64,000 bases of DNA from an uncultured Gammaproteobacteria bacterium (GTDB taxonomy: Bacteria; Pseudomonadota; Gammaproteobacteria; Chromatiales; Chromatiaceae): NCBI GenBank assembly GCA_963719025.1, contig CAVRBK010000056.1, positions 5,907 to 69,906 of the forward strand, in the 5' to 3' direction. The notes under the pieces were generated by a model. The model worked only from the letters and a program-made list of their open reading frames with translations. It searched no databases and had not been told where the DNA came from. Shown here one piece after another: positions 37,638-48,400 of this stretch. A program made the position numbers and the translations under genes. How positions within the stretch are numbered: position 1 is the first letter of the stretch; each line of letters starts with the position of its first letter.

Positions 37638-38619
37638 CCCCTTCGGCGCCGCGAGACACCCCGGGATTCGCGTCCAGACAACTGAGCAGGGGTCGCTTCC
37701 TGCGCCACAGGCGCCAGGCCGAGCGTGCCTGCCAGCGGTAAACCGTCCCGTTACCGGGATGTACATGCAGCGCCTCGCAGTCCTTCAGCCAGCCGGACAG
37801 CCGATCCTCGAGTCCGGCAATTGCCTGCAGCCAGGCAGCAGGGTCGGCACGCGTCACCGCCCTGCCCGGCGCATGCTCGACGATCAATCCATCGCCGCCC
37901 ACCCCGTTACGCAATGCAAGCAGCCCACGAGCAAGGACGCAATCACCGACAAGCCGGGCCACCGGGCCCTGCCCCTCCGGTGGCAGAACGCCACCACCAC
38001 TGAACCACAGGCCACCCAGCATCGGCCGCCCGCCGACCTCGCGTGCATGGTTGAGATCCAGCCCGTGAAACAGCATCTGGGTCTCGTTGAGCAGGCCACG
38101 CCACCAACGCCGGTCCCCGCCATTGGGCAGGAAGTGGTCAAGACTGCGCCCGATCACGGCCGACAGCGGGTGTGTTTGGATTGACGGTGCCTGGTCACAG
38201 TGCAGGTAGATGCGCCCGGTGGGGCTGCTGTGCAAGTACACACCGTCGTCGTTGAAATGAACATTGAAGGCGCGGACCACCTGGGCGATCTCGTCGCCAT
38301 CGAGCGGGTCGTCGTCCAGATCGAAGGCCAATAGACGGTCCCGGTCGGGAATCATTTGCAGGGGATCGGCGTGCAGCAGGAAGCCCGCCGGTGCCTCGCC
38401 GGTATCGGCCAGGAAAGAGACCGCGGCAGTGGGCAGGTCGGTACCGGCCGGGGTGTCGATCCCGAACAGGGCGAACAGGCCCGCTGCGTAGCCGACAGGC
38501 TCGACCAGCCGGTCGGCGCGTGCCAGCAGCTGCTCGAGAACCGGCAATGCCGGGAGGTCTGCGCCCGCGAGTCCCGGCATGGGACCGAGCAGGCCGGGCA
38601 CGAAAAGGTGGCGGATCAA
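37633..38619 (-). CDS. Conserved hypothetical protein, degenerate cofactor-independent phosphoglycerate-mutase-like (ApgM-related)
   Basis: HLFVPGL, LEQLLARA, LHADP, WRGLLNETQMLFH...N.ARE..G...GLWFSGGG motifs; located in the hom-thrC cluster. Confidence 0.65.
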   Translation of the reverse strand: MIRHLFVPGLLGPMPGLAGADLPALPVLEQLLARADRLVEPVGYAAGLFALFGIDTPAGTDLPTAAVSFLADTGEAPAGFLLHADPLQMIPDRDRLLAFDLDDDPLDGDEIAQVVRAFNVHFNDDGVYLHSSPTGRIYLHCDQAPSIQTHPLSAVIGRSLDHFLPNGGDRRWWRGLLNETQMLFHGLDLNHAREVGGRPMLGGLWFSGGGVLPPEGQGPVARLVGDCVLARGLLALRNGVGGDGLIVEHAPGRAVTRADPAAWLQAIAGLEDRLSGWLKDCEALHVHPGNGTVYRWQARSAWRLWRRKRPLLSCLDANPGVSRGAEGV

Positions 38620-38623
38620 ACGA

Positions 38624-39935
38624 TCAGTTGAGCTGTTCGACGCGGATGCGGGTGACCTCGCCCGCCACGGAATCGAGCGCCTCGATCCCGCGCAGCGCGG
38701 CATTCATCTGCGATTCCTGCACCGCCTGCGTGAGCATCACCAGCGGGACCTGGGTCTCGCCTTCTGCCGGTTCCTTCTGCTGCATCGCCTCGATACTGAT
38801 GCCGTGCTCGCTCAGGATACCGGACACGGCCGCGAGCACCCCGGGGCGGTCCTCGACCGTCATCCGCAGGTAGTAGGCGGTCACCACGTCGTCCATCGAC
38901 AGCACCGGCATATCCGACAGTTCTCCCGGCTGGAAGGCCAGGTGCGGGACGCGATTGCCCGGATCCGTGGTCAGCGCACGCGCCGCATCGATCACGTCGG
39001 CCACCACGGCCGATGCGGTCGGCAGCGAACCGGCGCCGGCACCGTAGTACAGCGTCGGGACCGACAGCGTCGCCGTGGACCAGCACTGCGTTCATGACGC
39101 CGTCGACGTTGGCGATCAGGCGACGCTCGGGGATCAGGGTCGGGTGCACGCGCAACTCGATACCCTTCTCGGTCCGGCGGGTCACGCCCAGGTGCTTGAT
39201 GCGGTAACCGAACTGTTCGGCATACTCCACGTCCTGCGGCTCGATCCGGCTGATGCCCTCGGTGTAGCAACGGTCGAACTGCAGCGGAATGCCAAACGCC
39301 AGCGACGCCAGGATCGTCAGCTTGTGCGCCGCATCGATGCCCTCGACGTCGAAGGTCGGATCGGCCTCGGCATAGCCCAGGGCCTGCGCCTCTGCGAGCA
39401 CGTCGGCAAAGTCGCGTCCCTTGTCTTTCATCTCGGTGAGGATGAAGTTGCCCGTACCGTTGATGATGCCGGCGATCCAGTCGATATGGTTGGCCGCCAG
39501 GCCCTCGCGCAGCGCCTTGATGATCGGAATACCGCCGGCCACGGCCGCTTCGAACGCAACCGTCACGCCCTTTTTCTGCGCCGCCTCGAAGATCTCGTTG
39601 CCATGCATGGCGATCAGTGCCTTGTTCGCGGTGACGACATGCTTGCCGTTCTCGATCGCCTTGAGCACCAGCTCGCGCGCCGGCGAGTAACCACCGATCA
39701 GCTCCACGACGATGTCGACCTCGGGGTTATTGACCACGGCGAAGGCATCGTCACACACCTCAACCTTGTCCAGGCCGTCCAGCCCAGCCGGATCGTAGGC
39801 GCGTGCCGCCGCATGTGAGACGACGATATCCCGACCCGCCCGACGCGAAATCTCGGCCGCATTCCGGACAAGCACATTGAGCGTGCCACCACCAACAGTC
39901 CCGAGGCCCAACAGGCCGATCTTTACAGGATTCAA
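38624..39935 (-). CDS. hom: Homoserine dehydrogenase with ACT domain (frameshift near 39060)
   Basis: GLLGLGTVGGG, VVTANKAL, FEAAVAGGIP, GIINGTGNFIL, GYAEADPTFDVEGIDAAHK and C-terminal YYLRM..DRPGVLA. Confidence 0.96.
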
Positions 39936-39988
39936 AACTTCTCTCCTAACACACGGGGCAAGCCACCAGAGGGTTGTCGCCCGCTAAA

Positions 39989-41185
39989 CTAATCCGACGA
40001 CGCGACAACACCGTCACGCCGAAACATTTCCTTGATACCCCGCAGCGCCTGACGCGTACGGTGTTCGTTTTCGATCAGACCAAAACGTACATGGTCATCG
40101 CCGAAGGAACCAAAACCGATGCCGGGCGAGACCGCCACGCGTGCCTCGCGCAGCAGCTTCTTCGAGAACTCCAGCGAACCCATCTGTCTGTACGGCTCGG
40201 GTATCGGCGCCCACACAAACATGGTCGCCTTCGGTTTTTCAACCGCCCAGCCCATCGCCGTCAGCCCGTCGCACAGCACATCGCGGCGCCTCTGGTACAT
40301 GTCGCGAATCTCGGCGACACAGTCCTGCGGCCCTTCCAGCGCGGCAATCGCCGCCACTTGGATCGGGGTGAACATACCGTAGTCGAGATACGACTTGATC
40401 TTGGCCAGGGCGGCGACCAGGGTACGGTTGCCGACCATGAAACCGACCCGCCAGCCGGGCATATTGTAGGTTTTCGACAGCGAATAGAACTCAACCGCTA
40501 TATCCTCCGCGCCAGGCACCTGCAGAATCGACGGTGCCTTGTAACCGTCGAATGAAATTGCGGCGTAGGCCAGATCGTGCACCACCCAGATGTTGTGCCG
40601 CCGGGCGATCTCGATCACGCGTTCGAAAAACGCCAGGTCGACACACTCGGTGGTCGGATTGCCGGGGAAGTTGACCACCAGCATCTTCGGCCGCGGCCAG
40701 GATTCATCGATCGCCTTCTGCAACTCCTCGAAGAAATCGTGATCCGGGGTCATCGGCACATGCCGTACATCGGCACCGGCAATGATGAAGCCATAGGGAT
40801 GGATCGGGTAGGCCGGATTCGGCACCAGCACCGAGTCACCCGGCCCCATGCAGGCCAGTGCCAGATGGGCCAGGCCTTCTTTCGAACCGATGGTCACGAT
40901 CGCCTGGCTGTCCGGATCCAGATCGACGTCGAACTGATCCTTGTACCAGTTGCAGATCGCCCTCCGCAGACGCGGAATACCACGCGACACCGAATAGCGG
41001 TGCGTATCGTTTCGCTGCGCCGCCTCGACCAGTTTGTCGACGATATGCTTCGGCGTCGGCTGGTCCGGATTACCCATGCCGAAATCGATGATGTCTTCGC
41101 CCCGCGCTCGCGCTTCGGCCTTCAACTCGTTCACAATGGCGAACACGTAAGGCGGCAAACGTTTGATTCTGCGGAAATCTTCCAT
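39989..41185 (-). CDS. alaC: Alanine transaminase AlaC (class I/II aminotransferase)
   Basis: [48 protein letters not shown] and [11 protein letters not shown]. Confidence 0.93.
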   Translation of the reverse strand: MEDFRRIKRLPPYVFAIVNELKAEARARGEDIIDFGMGNPDQPTPKHIVDKLVEAAQRNDTHRYSVSRGIPRLRRAICNWYKDQFDVDLDPDSQAIVTIGSKEGLAHLALACMGPGDSVLVPNPAYPIHPYGFIIAGADVRHVPMTPDHDFFEELQKAIDESWPRPKMLVVNFPGNPTTECVDLAFFERVIEIARRHNIWVVHDLAYAAISFDGYKAPSILQVPGAEDIAVEFYSLSKTYNMPGWRVGFMVGNRTLVAALAKIKSYLDYGMFTPIQVAAIAALEGPQDCVAEIRDMYQRRRDVLCDGLTAMGWAVEKPKATMFVWAPIPEPYRQMGSLEFSKKLLREARVAVSPGIGFGSFGDDHVRFGLIENEHRTRQALRGIKEMFRRDGVVASSD

Positions 41186-41242
41186 TTCGGGAGACGACAC
41201 GGGTAAACCTCGACAACTCAACGGGGCAAAAATGAACCGGTT

Positions 41243-41272
41243 ACGCTACATTAATGGACTTTAAAATGTCAA
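41243..41272 (-). promoter_or_regulatory. Sigma-70 promoter of alaC-hom
   Basis: TTGACA-N18-TAGCGT in an AT-rich divergent intergenic region. Confidence 0.5.
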
Positions 41273-41342
41273 TAAAATTAGATGATTAGCCGACACATTT
41301 GTCGGATCGACGCGGCAGCCTTCATCGCTCGGGTGGACCACC

Positions 41343-41729
41343 ATGAAAATTGCTCTCGAATCAAACACCGGCGTCAATGTGATCCGTGGCTACGAACCGG
41401 GTGAAGTGCGCATACGGGATCGCCGCTACACGCGCAGCCTGATCGTCTCGGCCACCCGGATCATCGACGACTGGGCAGCCGCTGCGCCGGACGAATTGCG
41501 CGGCCTCTGCATCTGCAGCCCATCGTGCAGCAGTCCACCGGAGGTGTTGATCCTGGGCACCGGCGAGACCCAGGTGTTCCCGCAACCTGCCACCTTCATG
41601 ACCCTGATGGATCTCGGTATCGGTTTCGAGGTGATGGATAACGCTGCAGCGTGCCGCACCTACAACATCCTGCTCGGCGAGGACCGGAAGGTGGCATTGG
41701 CGCTGATCATCTGCGCACCCGAGACATAG
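41343..41729 (+). CDS. Mth938-like (DUF498) domain protein (short internal frameshifted patch)
   Basis: IRGY...SLIV, PEVLILGTG, GIGFEVMDNAAACRTYNILLGEDRKVALAL. Confidence 0.9.
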   Translation: MKIALESNTGVNVIRGYEPGEVRIRDRRYTRSLIVSATRIIDDWAAAAPDELRGLCICSPSCSSPPEVLILGTGETQVFPQPATFMTLMDLGIGFEVMDNAAACRTYNILLGEDRKVALALIICAPET

Positions 41730-41778
41730 GGACCAAGCGACGCAATCCGGCAACACACAAGCGTCCGAATGAGCGGCT

Positions 41779-41792
41779 ATGATACAGGTCAA
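41779..41792. promoter_or_regulatory. FNR/Anr-like box upstream of the V/A-ATPase operon
   Basis: TTGAC-CTGT-ATCAT (minus strand) versus TTGAT-N4-ATCAA; candidate -10 TAGACT at 41833-41838. Confidence 0.4.
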
Positions 41793-41881
41793 CAAAGCCT
41801 GTTTATGTCGCCCGCCCGACCTGGGCGAAGGCTAGACTAGGGCCTGATCAACGACCACCCCAGAAATGAGAATTTTCCATC

Positions 41882-42213
41882 GTGGATGACACCCTGAAGC
41901 AGCTGCTGGCCGACCGAGAACGGCCGCCAGCGAGCTGGTTGAGAAAGCCCAGGCCGATAGTGAACGGCTTATCCAGACCGCGTTACAAGATGCCCGCCAG
42001 CAGGAAGAGCGCTTTGAAGGTCGGATTCCCGGACTGCACGCCTCCTTCCTGGAGAAATCCGACCAACGGGCCAAGCAGACCGTGGCCGAAATGGAACGCC
42101 GCTTCCAGGAGCGTCTCGGTCAACTGCGCGATGCCGCCGAATCCAACGAGACCGCGGCACTCGAGGCGGCGTTCAGCGAACTGCTTGGCGAGGGCGACGC
42201 AGGCACGCTGTGA
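41882..42213 (+). CDS. V/A-type ATPase peripheral stalk subunit G/H (frameshift near 41912-41925)
   Basis: MDDTLKQLLA, then in a shifted frame ASELVEKAQADSERLIQTALQDARQQEERF...; stop overlaps the subunit C start; first gene of the operon. Confidence 0.75.
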
Positions 42214-43244
42214 GCAGAATCGCCGACCAAGCCTACCTGCGTACCCGGCTTGCGATCCTGAGCACCAATCTCATGGGTCGGAAAAAACTGCGCGGACTCG
42301 CCGACCTGCCTTTCGACGAATTTGCCAAGGCCAGCGGGCTCGACGAGATCAGCGGCATGAGCAATGGCGCGCGACTCGAGGCCTACGAACGCTCCCTGAT
42401 GCAGACCTGGCTCGACGAGCTCGGCGCCCTGCTCCGCCCGCTCGGTGGCTCGGCGCGCCGCCTGCTGATTCAGTGGGCCAGCCGCTACGAGTTGCTGAAT
42501 ATAAAGGTGCTGGTCCGCGGCAAGATGGGCCAGCTGCCGAACGAACTGATCGAGCAGAGCCTGTTCAGGCTGCCGAGCTTTCTCAGCCTGAATCACGACG
42601 AGTTGCTCAACACCGACAGCGTCCCGGAATTGCTGCGCCAGCTGCAGAAGACCCGCTACCGGCGGATCGCCACCCAGGCCCTGCGCCGTTACGAGGAAAG
42701 GCCCGACCCGTTCCTGCTCGATGCCACGCTCGACCAGCAGTTTTACGGCGAGATGATCGATCGCGCCCGGCAGCTGACCAGCACTGACCGCGAGGCGATC
42801 CTCAACCTGATCGGACGTATCGTCGACCGCCACAACCTGGTCTGGAGCCTGCGCTACCGCTACAACTACGGTCTGCAGCCGAGCGAGGTGCTGTACCTCG
42901 CGATCGATGGCGGTCGCGCGGTGAACCGCGATGTGCTGCAACAGATCGTCAATGCCGACACCCTTGCCGATGCCCTCAAGCGACTGCCGCATGGCCTGCT
43001 CGGCGAGCGTCCGGTCCCAGACCAGATCACCCTGATCGAGGCAGCAATGCGCAGCGACCTGCAGACCCATGCACAGGGGCTGATGCGACGCAGCCCGTCG
43101 GTACTGACCAGCGTCCTTGCCTACCTGGTCGCGCGGCATGGCGAGATCACCACGCTGTATGCGATCGCCCATGCGCGCGTGCATGGCGTGAGTGACGAAC
43201 TGCTGCGCGAGGCACTCGACCCCCTGCACGAGGATGCCGCCTGA
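42210..43244 (+). CDS. ntpC: V/A-type ATPase subunit C (d)
   Basis: AYLRTRL, RYELLNIKVLVRGK, LDQQFY, DRHNLVWSLRYR and LAYLV..HGEI; operon position. Confidence 0.88.
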   Translation: MSRIADQAYLRTRLAILSTNLMGRKKLRGLADLPFDEFAKASGLDEISGMSNGARLEAYERSLMQTWLDELGALLRPLGGSARRLLIQWASRYELLNIKVLVRGKMGQLPNELIEQSLFRLPSFLSLNHDELLNTDSVPELLRQLQKTRYRRIATQALRRYEERPDPFLLDATLDQQFYGEMIDRARQLTSTDREAILNLIGRIVDRHNLVWSLRYRYNYGLQPSEVLYLAIDGGRAVNRDVLQQIVNADTLADALKRLPHGLLGERPVPDQITLIEAAMRSDLQTHAQGLMRRSPSVLTSVLAYLVARHGEITTLYAIAHARVHGVSDELLREALDPLHEDAA

Positions 43245-45149
43245 TGCGCGCCGGAATCGACATGCGGCACATCACGGTCACCCTGATGCGTGAAGATCTG
43301 CCGCGCGCCAGCCTGCTGCTCGCCGAGATGGCAGACCTTCGCACCGGATGAACGACCGGTGCTCGAATCGGAACTGCCGGAGATTCCCGGTGCGAGCTTC
43401 CGCACGCGCATCCGCCGTGCCTGGGGCCACCTCGATCGCCTGACGGCGCTGTTTGAACAACTGCCCTCACCGGGGCCGAACAATGCCGGTGATGGCCCTG
43501 CATCGTGAACAGGTGATCGAGACAGACCGCTGGCTCACCGAGGCCTGGCAACAGTGCGCGCCGTGGGAAGAGGCGCTGCACGCACTCGATGACCGGTTTC
43601 GCGAACTCACCCAACTGGAGCAGTCGCTCGAGGATTTTGCCGATCTGGATATCGACCTCGGTCGTCTGCAGGGCGAGCATGCCCATCTCGACCTGCGCAT
43701 CGGTGCGATCCCGGCCGACAACCTGGCCCGCCTGCGCGATATCCTGTTGCTGTCGGATCACCTGATCCTGAACGTTGCCGGCGAAGGCGAAGGTGAGACT
43801 TTGCGCCTGCTGGTCGCCGGTCGCAAAGAGAGCGCCGATGTACTCGACAGCGTCCTGCACGCCGCCGCTTTCCAGCCGCTGACGATCCCGAAAAGCTTCG
43901 ACGACGATCCCGAGACACTGCGCAGGGAACTGCATGACCGGCGCCTGCAACTGGAGCAGGAACAGGCCCAGATCAGGCTTCAGATGACCAACTGGGTCGA
44001 CAGCAACCGCGACCAGCTGCTGCACGCACGGCAATTGCTCGAGGCGGCAGAGCCCTATGTCAATGTGCGCAGTGCCGCGCGCTCGCGCGGCCCGCTGGCG
44101 GCACTGCAGGGCTGGATGCCGGACAGCAGCCTCGAGACCGTGCAGAAAAAGCTGAGCGAAAGCCTTGCCCTGCCCTTCGTCCTCGAATCACGGCGGCCGC
44201 GCAACGACGAAAAACACCTGGTACCGGTGCCTGAAAGCGGCAACGGGGGCATTGCGCCCCTTCGCCTCGCTGGTGCAGCAATACGGGGTACCGCGGTTCG
44301 GCGAGTTCGATCCCACCATACTGTTCGCCGTCACCTTCGTGGCAATGTTCGGCATGATGTTCGGCGATGTCGGGACATGGCGCGGTCATCATCGTTCTGG
44401 GGCTGATCCTGCGTCACAAGCTCAAGGCATACACCTACCTGTTCGCCCTGGCCGGCGCATCGTCCATGCTGTTCGGCTGGCTTTACGGCAGCGTGTTCGG
44501 CGTCGAGCACTGGCTGCATCCGCTGTGGATCGCGCCGATGTCCGACCCGATCTACATGCTCACGGTCGCGCTCGCCTGGGGGGTCGCCTTCCTGACACTG
44601 GGCTCGATCATCGCGATCACCAACCGCATGTTGTCGGGCGACCAGATGGGGGCATTGTTTGGACCCGGGGGACTGATTTCGCTGGTCATGTATCTTGCGT
44701 TGCTCGGCGGTTTCGTGAACATGGCGCAGGGCGGCAAGTTCCCGCTGGAGGCCACCGTGATGACCACCCTGACCCTCGGCGTACTGACGATCTATCAATG
44801 GCGACATGCCGAGGGATCCTTCGGTGAGCGTGTTTTCACCACGATCATCGAGACCTTCGAGATCGTCAACGGCTACCTCGCCAGCTCACTGTCTTTCCTG
44901 CGCGTTGCCGCCTTCAGCCTGAACCATGTCGCGCTGTCGCTTGCGGTATTCACCCTGGCCGACGGCATGGGCATTTTCGGACACTGGATAACGCTGATTC
45001 TCGGCAACATATTCATCATCGTCCTCGAGGGCACGATCGTGACCATCCAGACCCTGCGTCTCGAATACTACGAAGGTTTTTCGCGTTACTTCTACGGTGA
45101 CGGCACCCCTTTTCGGCCGCTACGCGTCGGCCGCACTCTAACCCGCTGA
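43244..45149 (+). CDS. ntpI: V/A-type ATPase subunit I (a), several indels
   Basis: LQGWMP, YGVPRFGEFDPT, MFGMMFGDVG, SLSFLRVAAFSLNH (essential Arg) and IQTLRLEYYEGFSRYF. Confidence 0.93.
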
Positions 45150-45162
45150 TTCAGGAGCACCC

Positions 45163-45615
45163 ATGACGACCATCATCACCCTACTCACCACTGCGCTGCT
45201 GGGAATGATTGCGACCGGCATCTACCTGCACTTCCGTCCGCTCGAGGCGGCACGCGCACGGCGCCTGTTCAAGCCGACGATCGGGCTCAACCTTGCCCTG
45301 TTCATCGGCGCGCAGTTTGCGATCGTCATTCTCGGCGTGGGCGATGCCTTCGCTGCCGCCGAGGTAGAAGGCGCAATCGCCGGCCCGACCGAGATCAGCG
45401 TGGGCATGGGCCTCGCCTTTATCGGTATCGCGCTGCCAACCGCGTTCAGTACCGTGGGTGCCGGTCTCGCGGTCGGCCCGATCGGTGCCGCCGCACTGGC
45501 CGCGGTATCCGAAAAACCGGAGATGTTTGGCCGCACCCTGGTATACCTGGGCCTGGCTGAAGGTATCGCGATCTACGGCCTGGTCCTGTCGATTCTGCTG
45601 CTCAACCGGGTCTGA
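45163..45615 (+). CDS. ntpK: V/A-type ATPase proteolipid subunit K (c)
   Basis: GAGLAVGPIGAAALAAVSEKPEMFGRTLVYLGLAEGIAIYGL hairpin; AGGAG RBS. Confidence 0.93.
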   Translation: MTTIITLLTTALLGMIATGIYLHFRPLEAARARRLFKPTIGLNLALFIGAQFAIVILGVGDAFAAAEVEGAIAGPTEISVGMGLAFIGIALPTAFSTVGAGLAVGPIGAAALAAVSEKPEMFGRTLVYLGLAEGIAIYGLVLSILLLNRV

Positions 45616-45620
45616 ATCGA

Positions 45621-45944
45621 ATGGAACAGACACGCCAGTTATTTTTTGGCGAGGCTACCCTTGCCACTGGATTTCGCCTGGCCGGTTTCGAGGTATACCC
45701 GGATGCGGACATCCAACAGCTCGATAGCATGCTTGGCGAACTGCGCGCGAAGCGCACGCCGGCATTCGTCGTGATCGACCAGGAACTGGCGGCGTCAGAC
45801 AGTAAACAATTACAGATCGTACGAAACGAGGGCGGACGCATCCTGTTGACCCAGGTGCCTCCATTGACACATCCCGAGCAGATGACGAGTTCTGTCGATG
45901 AGCGAATCCAGCAACTCCTTGGGCTGGATGGAGACAACGCATGA
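45621..45944 (+). CDS. V/A-type ATPase subunit F
   Basis: FFGEATLATGFRLAGF motif; operon position. Confidence 0.88.
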   Translation: MEQTRQLFFGEATLATGFRLAGFEVYPDADIQQLDSMLGELRAKRTPAFVVIDQELAASDSKQLQIVRNEGGRILLTQVPPLTHPEQMTSSVDERIQQLLGLDGDNA

Positions 45945-46604
45945 CTCAGACCGGATCATCCCAGCTGGCGGCACTGGAAGAGGCAATAATGACCCGCGCC
46001 GAGCGAGTTGGCGCAGGAGTTTCATGAAAAGGCCGATCGTCAACGTGACAATATCCTGCGCGAGTCGGCCGAGCGCCTGCACCTGGCAGAGGAACGCGAG
46101 GTGCTGGTCGCCAAGGCCGAGGCAGAACGCCTGTTCCGCCGCGTCACCCAGGCCAGCGAATTGAAAATGCAGGGGCGACTCGACCAGTTGCGCTGGGAGA
46201 TGGTGCAGACCGTGCAGTCACAGTTGGCCGATCGCATGCGTGCGATGTGCAGCGACCGCAACCGCTATCGCGGCTGGCTGAAGAAAATGATCGGCGAAGC
46301 CGCCGAGCGCCTGCCCGAGGGAGAGCTTACGGCCGAAGCCAATAGAGAAGACCATGAATGGCTGAGTGGCGAGTGGTCCGCGCTGGTCGCCGAGGCCGCG
46401 CCCGGGCGTACTATCCATCTGGCCGACACCCCGATCTGGGGCACCGGCGGGCTGAAGATCCGCACGCTCGACAAGAGCGCCCAGGTCGACAACCGCTTCG
46501 AAGGCCGGCTCGCCCGGTTTGAGGCGAAGATCCAGCGCGCAATCCTGCAGCGACTCTTCCCCAACGATATCAACGCGAGTGCGCGCAGCGGAGGCCCGCA
46601 ATGA
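45941..46604 (+). CDS. ntpE: V/A-type ATPase subunit E (indels near the 5' end)
   Basis: ATGA overlap with subunit F, N-terminal coiled coil, GGLKI...VDNRFEGRL. Confidence 0.85.
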
Positions 46605-48400
46605 CTGATGAAGCACGCGGCGGCCATATCCGTGAGATCAATGGCCCCATTCTGCGCATCCACATGCCAGGTGGCCGAAACGGTGAACAGGTCCGTATCG
46701 GCAGCCTCGATATCGTCGGTGAGATCATCGCCCTCGAGGGTGAAGACGCCATCGTGCAGGCCTACGAATCGACCGATGGCCTGCGCCCGGGCGAATCTGT
46801 CGAGGGTCTCGGTCATCCGCTGACCGTTGAACTCGGTCCCGGCCTGCTGGAAGGCATCTTCGACGGTGTGCAACGTCCGCTGGCAGAGATCGCCGAACTT
46901 TCCGGCGATTACATTCCGCGTGGTCTGCGCATCGACTCGCTGGATCGTGAACGTGCCTGGTCTTTCGAACCGATTGACGATCTCGAGCCCGGTAGCCGGG
47001 TCGAGGGCGGTACCCGACTGGGCACGGTCGCGGAGACCGAGACCATAGAACACCGGGTGCTGGTCCCGCCGGATGTGGCCGGCGAGTTGATCGACCTGGC
47101 ACCGGCCGGCGAGTACACCCTGGAAAAGACCATCGCCCGGGTACGCGCAGCCGATGGCAAGGTGCGCAAACTGAAACTGTACCACCGATGGCCGGTACGC
47201 CAGCCACGCCCGTACAAAAAGCGTGACCACGGGGTCGAACCGCTGATCACCGGACAACGCATTCTCGACACCTTCTTCCCCCTGCTGAAGGGCGGCAAGG
47301 GCGCGGTGCCTGGCCCCTTCGGGGCCGGCAAGACCATGGTCCAGCAACAGGTTGCGCGCTGGTCAAATGCGGATATCGTGATCTACGTGGGCTGCGGCGA
47401 ACGCGGCAACGAACTCGTCGACGTACTGGAGAGCTTCCCGCAACTCGAGGACCCGAATACCGGACGCGGCATGATGGAGCGAACCCTGCTGGTCGCCAAC
47501 ACCTCGAACATGCCGGTGGTGGCACGTGAGGCATCGATCTACGTCGGTATGACCATGGCGGAGTACTTCCGTGACCAGGGCTACGACGTGGTCATGCTGG
47601 CCGATTCGACCTCGCGCTGGGCCGAAGCGCTGCGCGAAGTGGCTGGCCGACTCGGCCATATGCCGGTCGAGGAAGGCTATCCGGCCTATCTCGGCTCACG
47701 CCTGGCCGCCGTGTACGAACGTGCCGGCCGGGTCGAGACGCTCGACGGCGAGCGTGGTTCGGTCACCCTGATTGGTGCGGTATCGCCACCCGGTGGGGAT
47801 TTCTCCGAGCCGGTAACCAGCCATACCAAAGAGATCATCCAGACCTTCTGGGCGCTGTCCAAGGAACTGGCCGATGCGCGCCACTACCCCTCGGTGGATT
47901 GGGTCGATAGCTTCTCGCAGGATGTGCCGGTCGCGGCCGGATGGTGGGCAAAGAACATCAATGGTGCCTGGGCAAAGCGGCGCGGCGAGGCGCTGTCGTT
48001 GCTGGCGCGTGATGCGGAGCTGTCGCGCATCGTCAACCTGGTCGGGCCAGAGGCACTGTCATCCGCCCAGCGCTGGGAGCTGGAAGGCGCCTCGCTGGTC
48101 AAAGAGGCCGTGCTGCAACAGAGCGCGCTGGATGATACGGACAGCTATTGCTCACCGCAGAAACAGTTCCAACTGCTCGAACTGGTGATGCAGGTCTTCG
48201 ATCAGGGCCGTGAACTGATCACCCTCGGGGCACCGGTCCAGGAACTGGCCGATCACCCGGTGATGGCCCGCATCCGCCGAGCGAAATCCACCTGGCGCAG
48301 CGAAGAGAGCGAAGACCTCGCCAGTTTCTCCAGCGAAGTCTATGAGGCATTCGCCATGCTGCGCAGCGAATATGCCTCAACCCAGGAGACCGCCACATGA
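46601..48400 (+). CDS. ntpA: V/A-type ATPase catalytic subunit A
   Basis: VELGPGLL, GPFGAGKT Walker A, YVGCGERGNE, NTSNMPVVAREAS, DSTSRWAEALRE and VSPPGGDFSEPVT. Confidence 0.98.
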   Translation: MTDEARGGHIREINGPILRIHMPGGRNGEQVRIGSLDIVGEIIALEGEDAIVQAYESTDGLRPGESVEGLGHPLTVELGPGLLEGIFDGVQRPLAEIAELSGDYIPRGLRIDSLDRERAWSFEPIDDLEPGSRVEGGTRLGTVAETETIEHRVLVPPDVAGELIDLAPAGEYTLEKTIARVRAADGKVRKLKLYHRWPVRQPRPYKKRDHGVEPLITGQRILDTFFPLLKGGKGAVPGPFGAGKTMVQQQVARWSNADIVIYVGCGERGNELVDVLESFPQLEDPNTGRGMMERTLLVANTSNMPVVAREASIYVGMTMAEYFRDQGYDVVMLADSTSRWAEALREVAGRLGHMPVEEGYPAYLGSRLAAVYERAGRVETLDGERGSVTLIGAVSPPGGDFSEPVTSHTKEIIQTFWALSKELADARHYPSVDWVDSFSQDVPVAAGWWAKNINGAWAKRRGEALSLLARDAELSRIVNLVGPEALSSAQRWELEGASLVKEAVLQQSALDDTDSYCSPQKQFQLLELVMQVFDQGRELITLGAPVQELADHPVMARIRRAKSTWRSEESEDLASFSSEVYEAFAMLRSEYASTQETAT

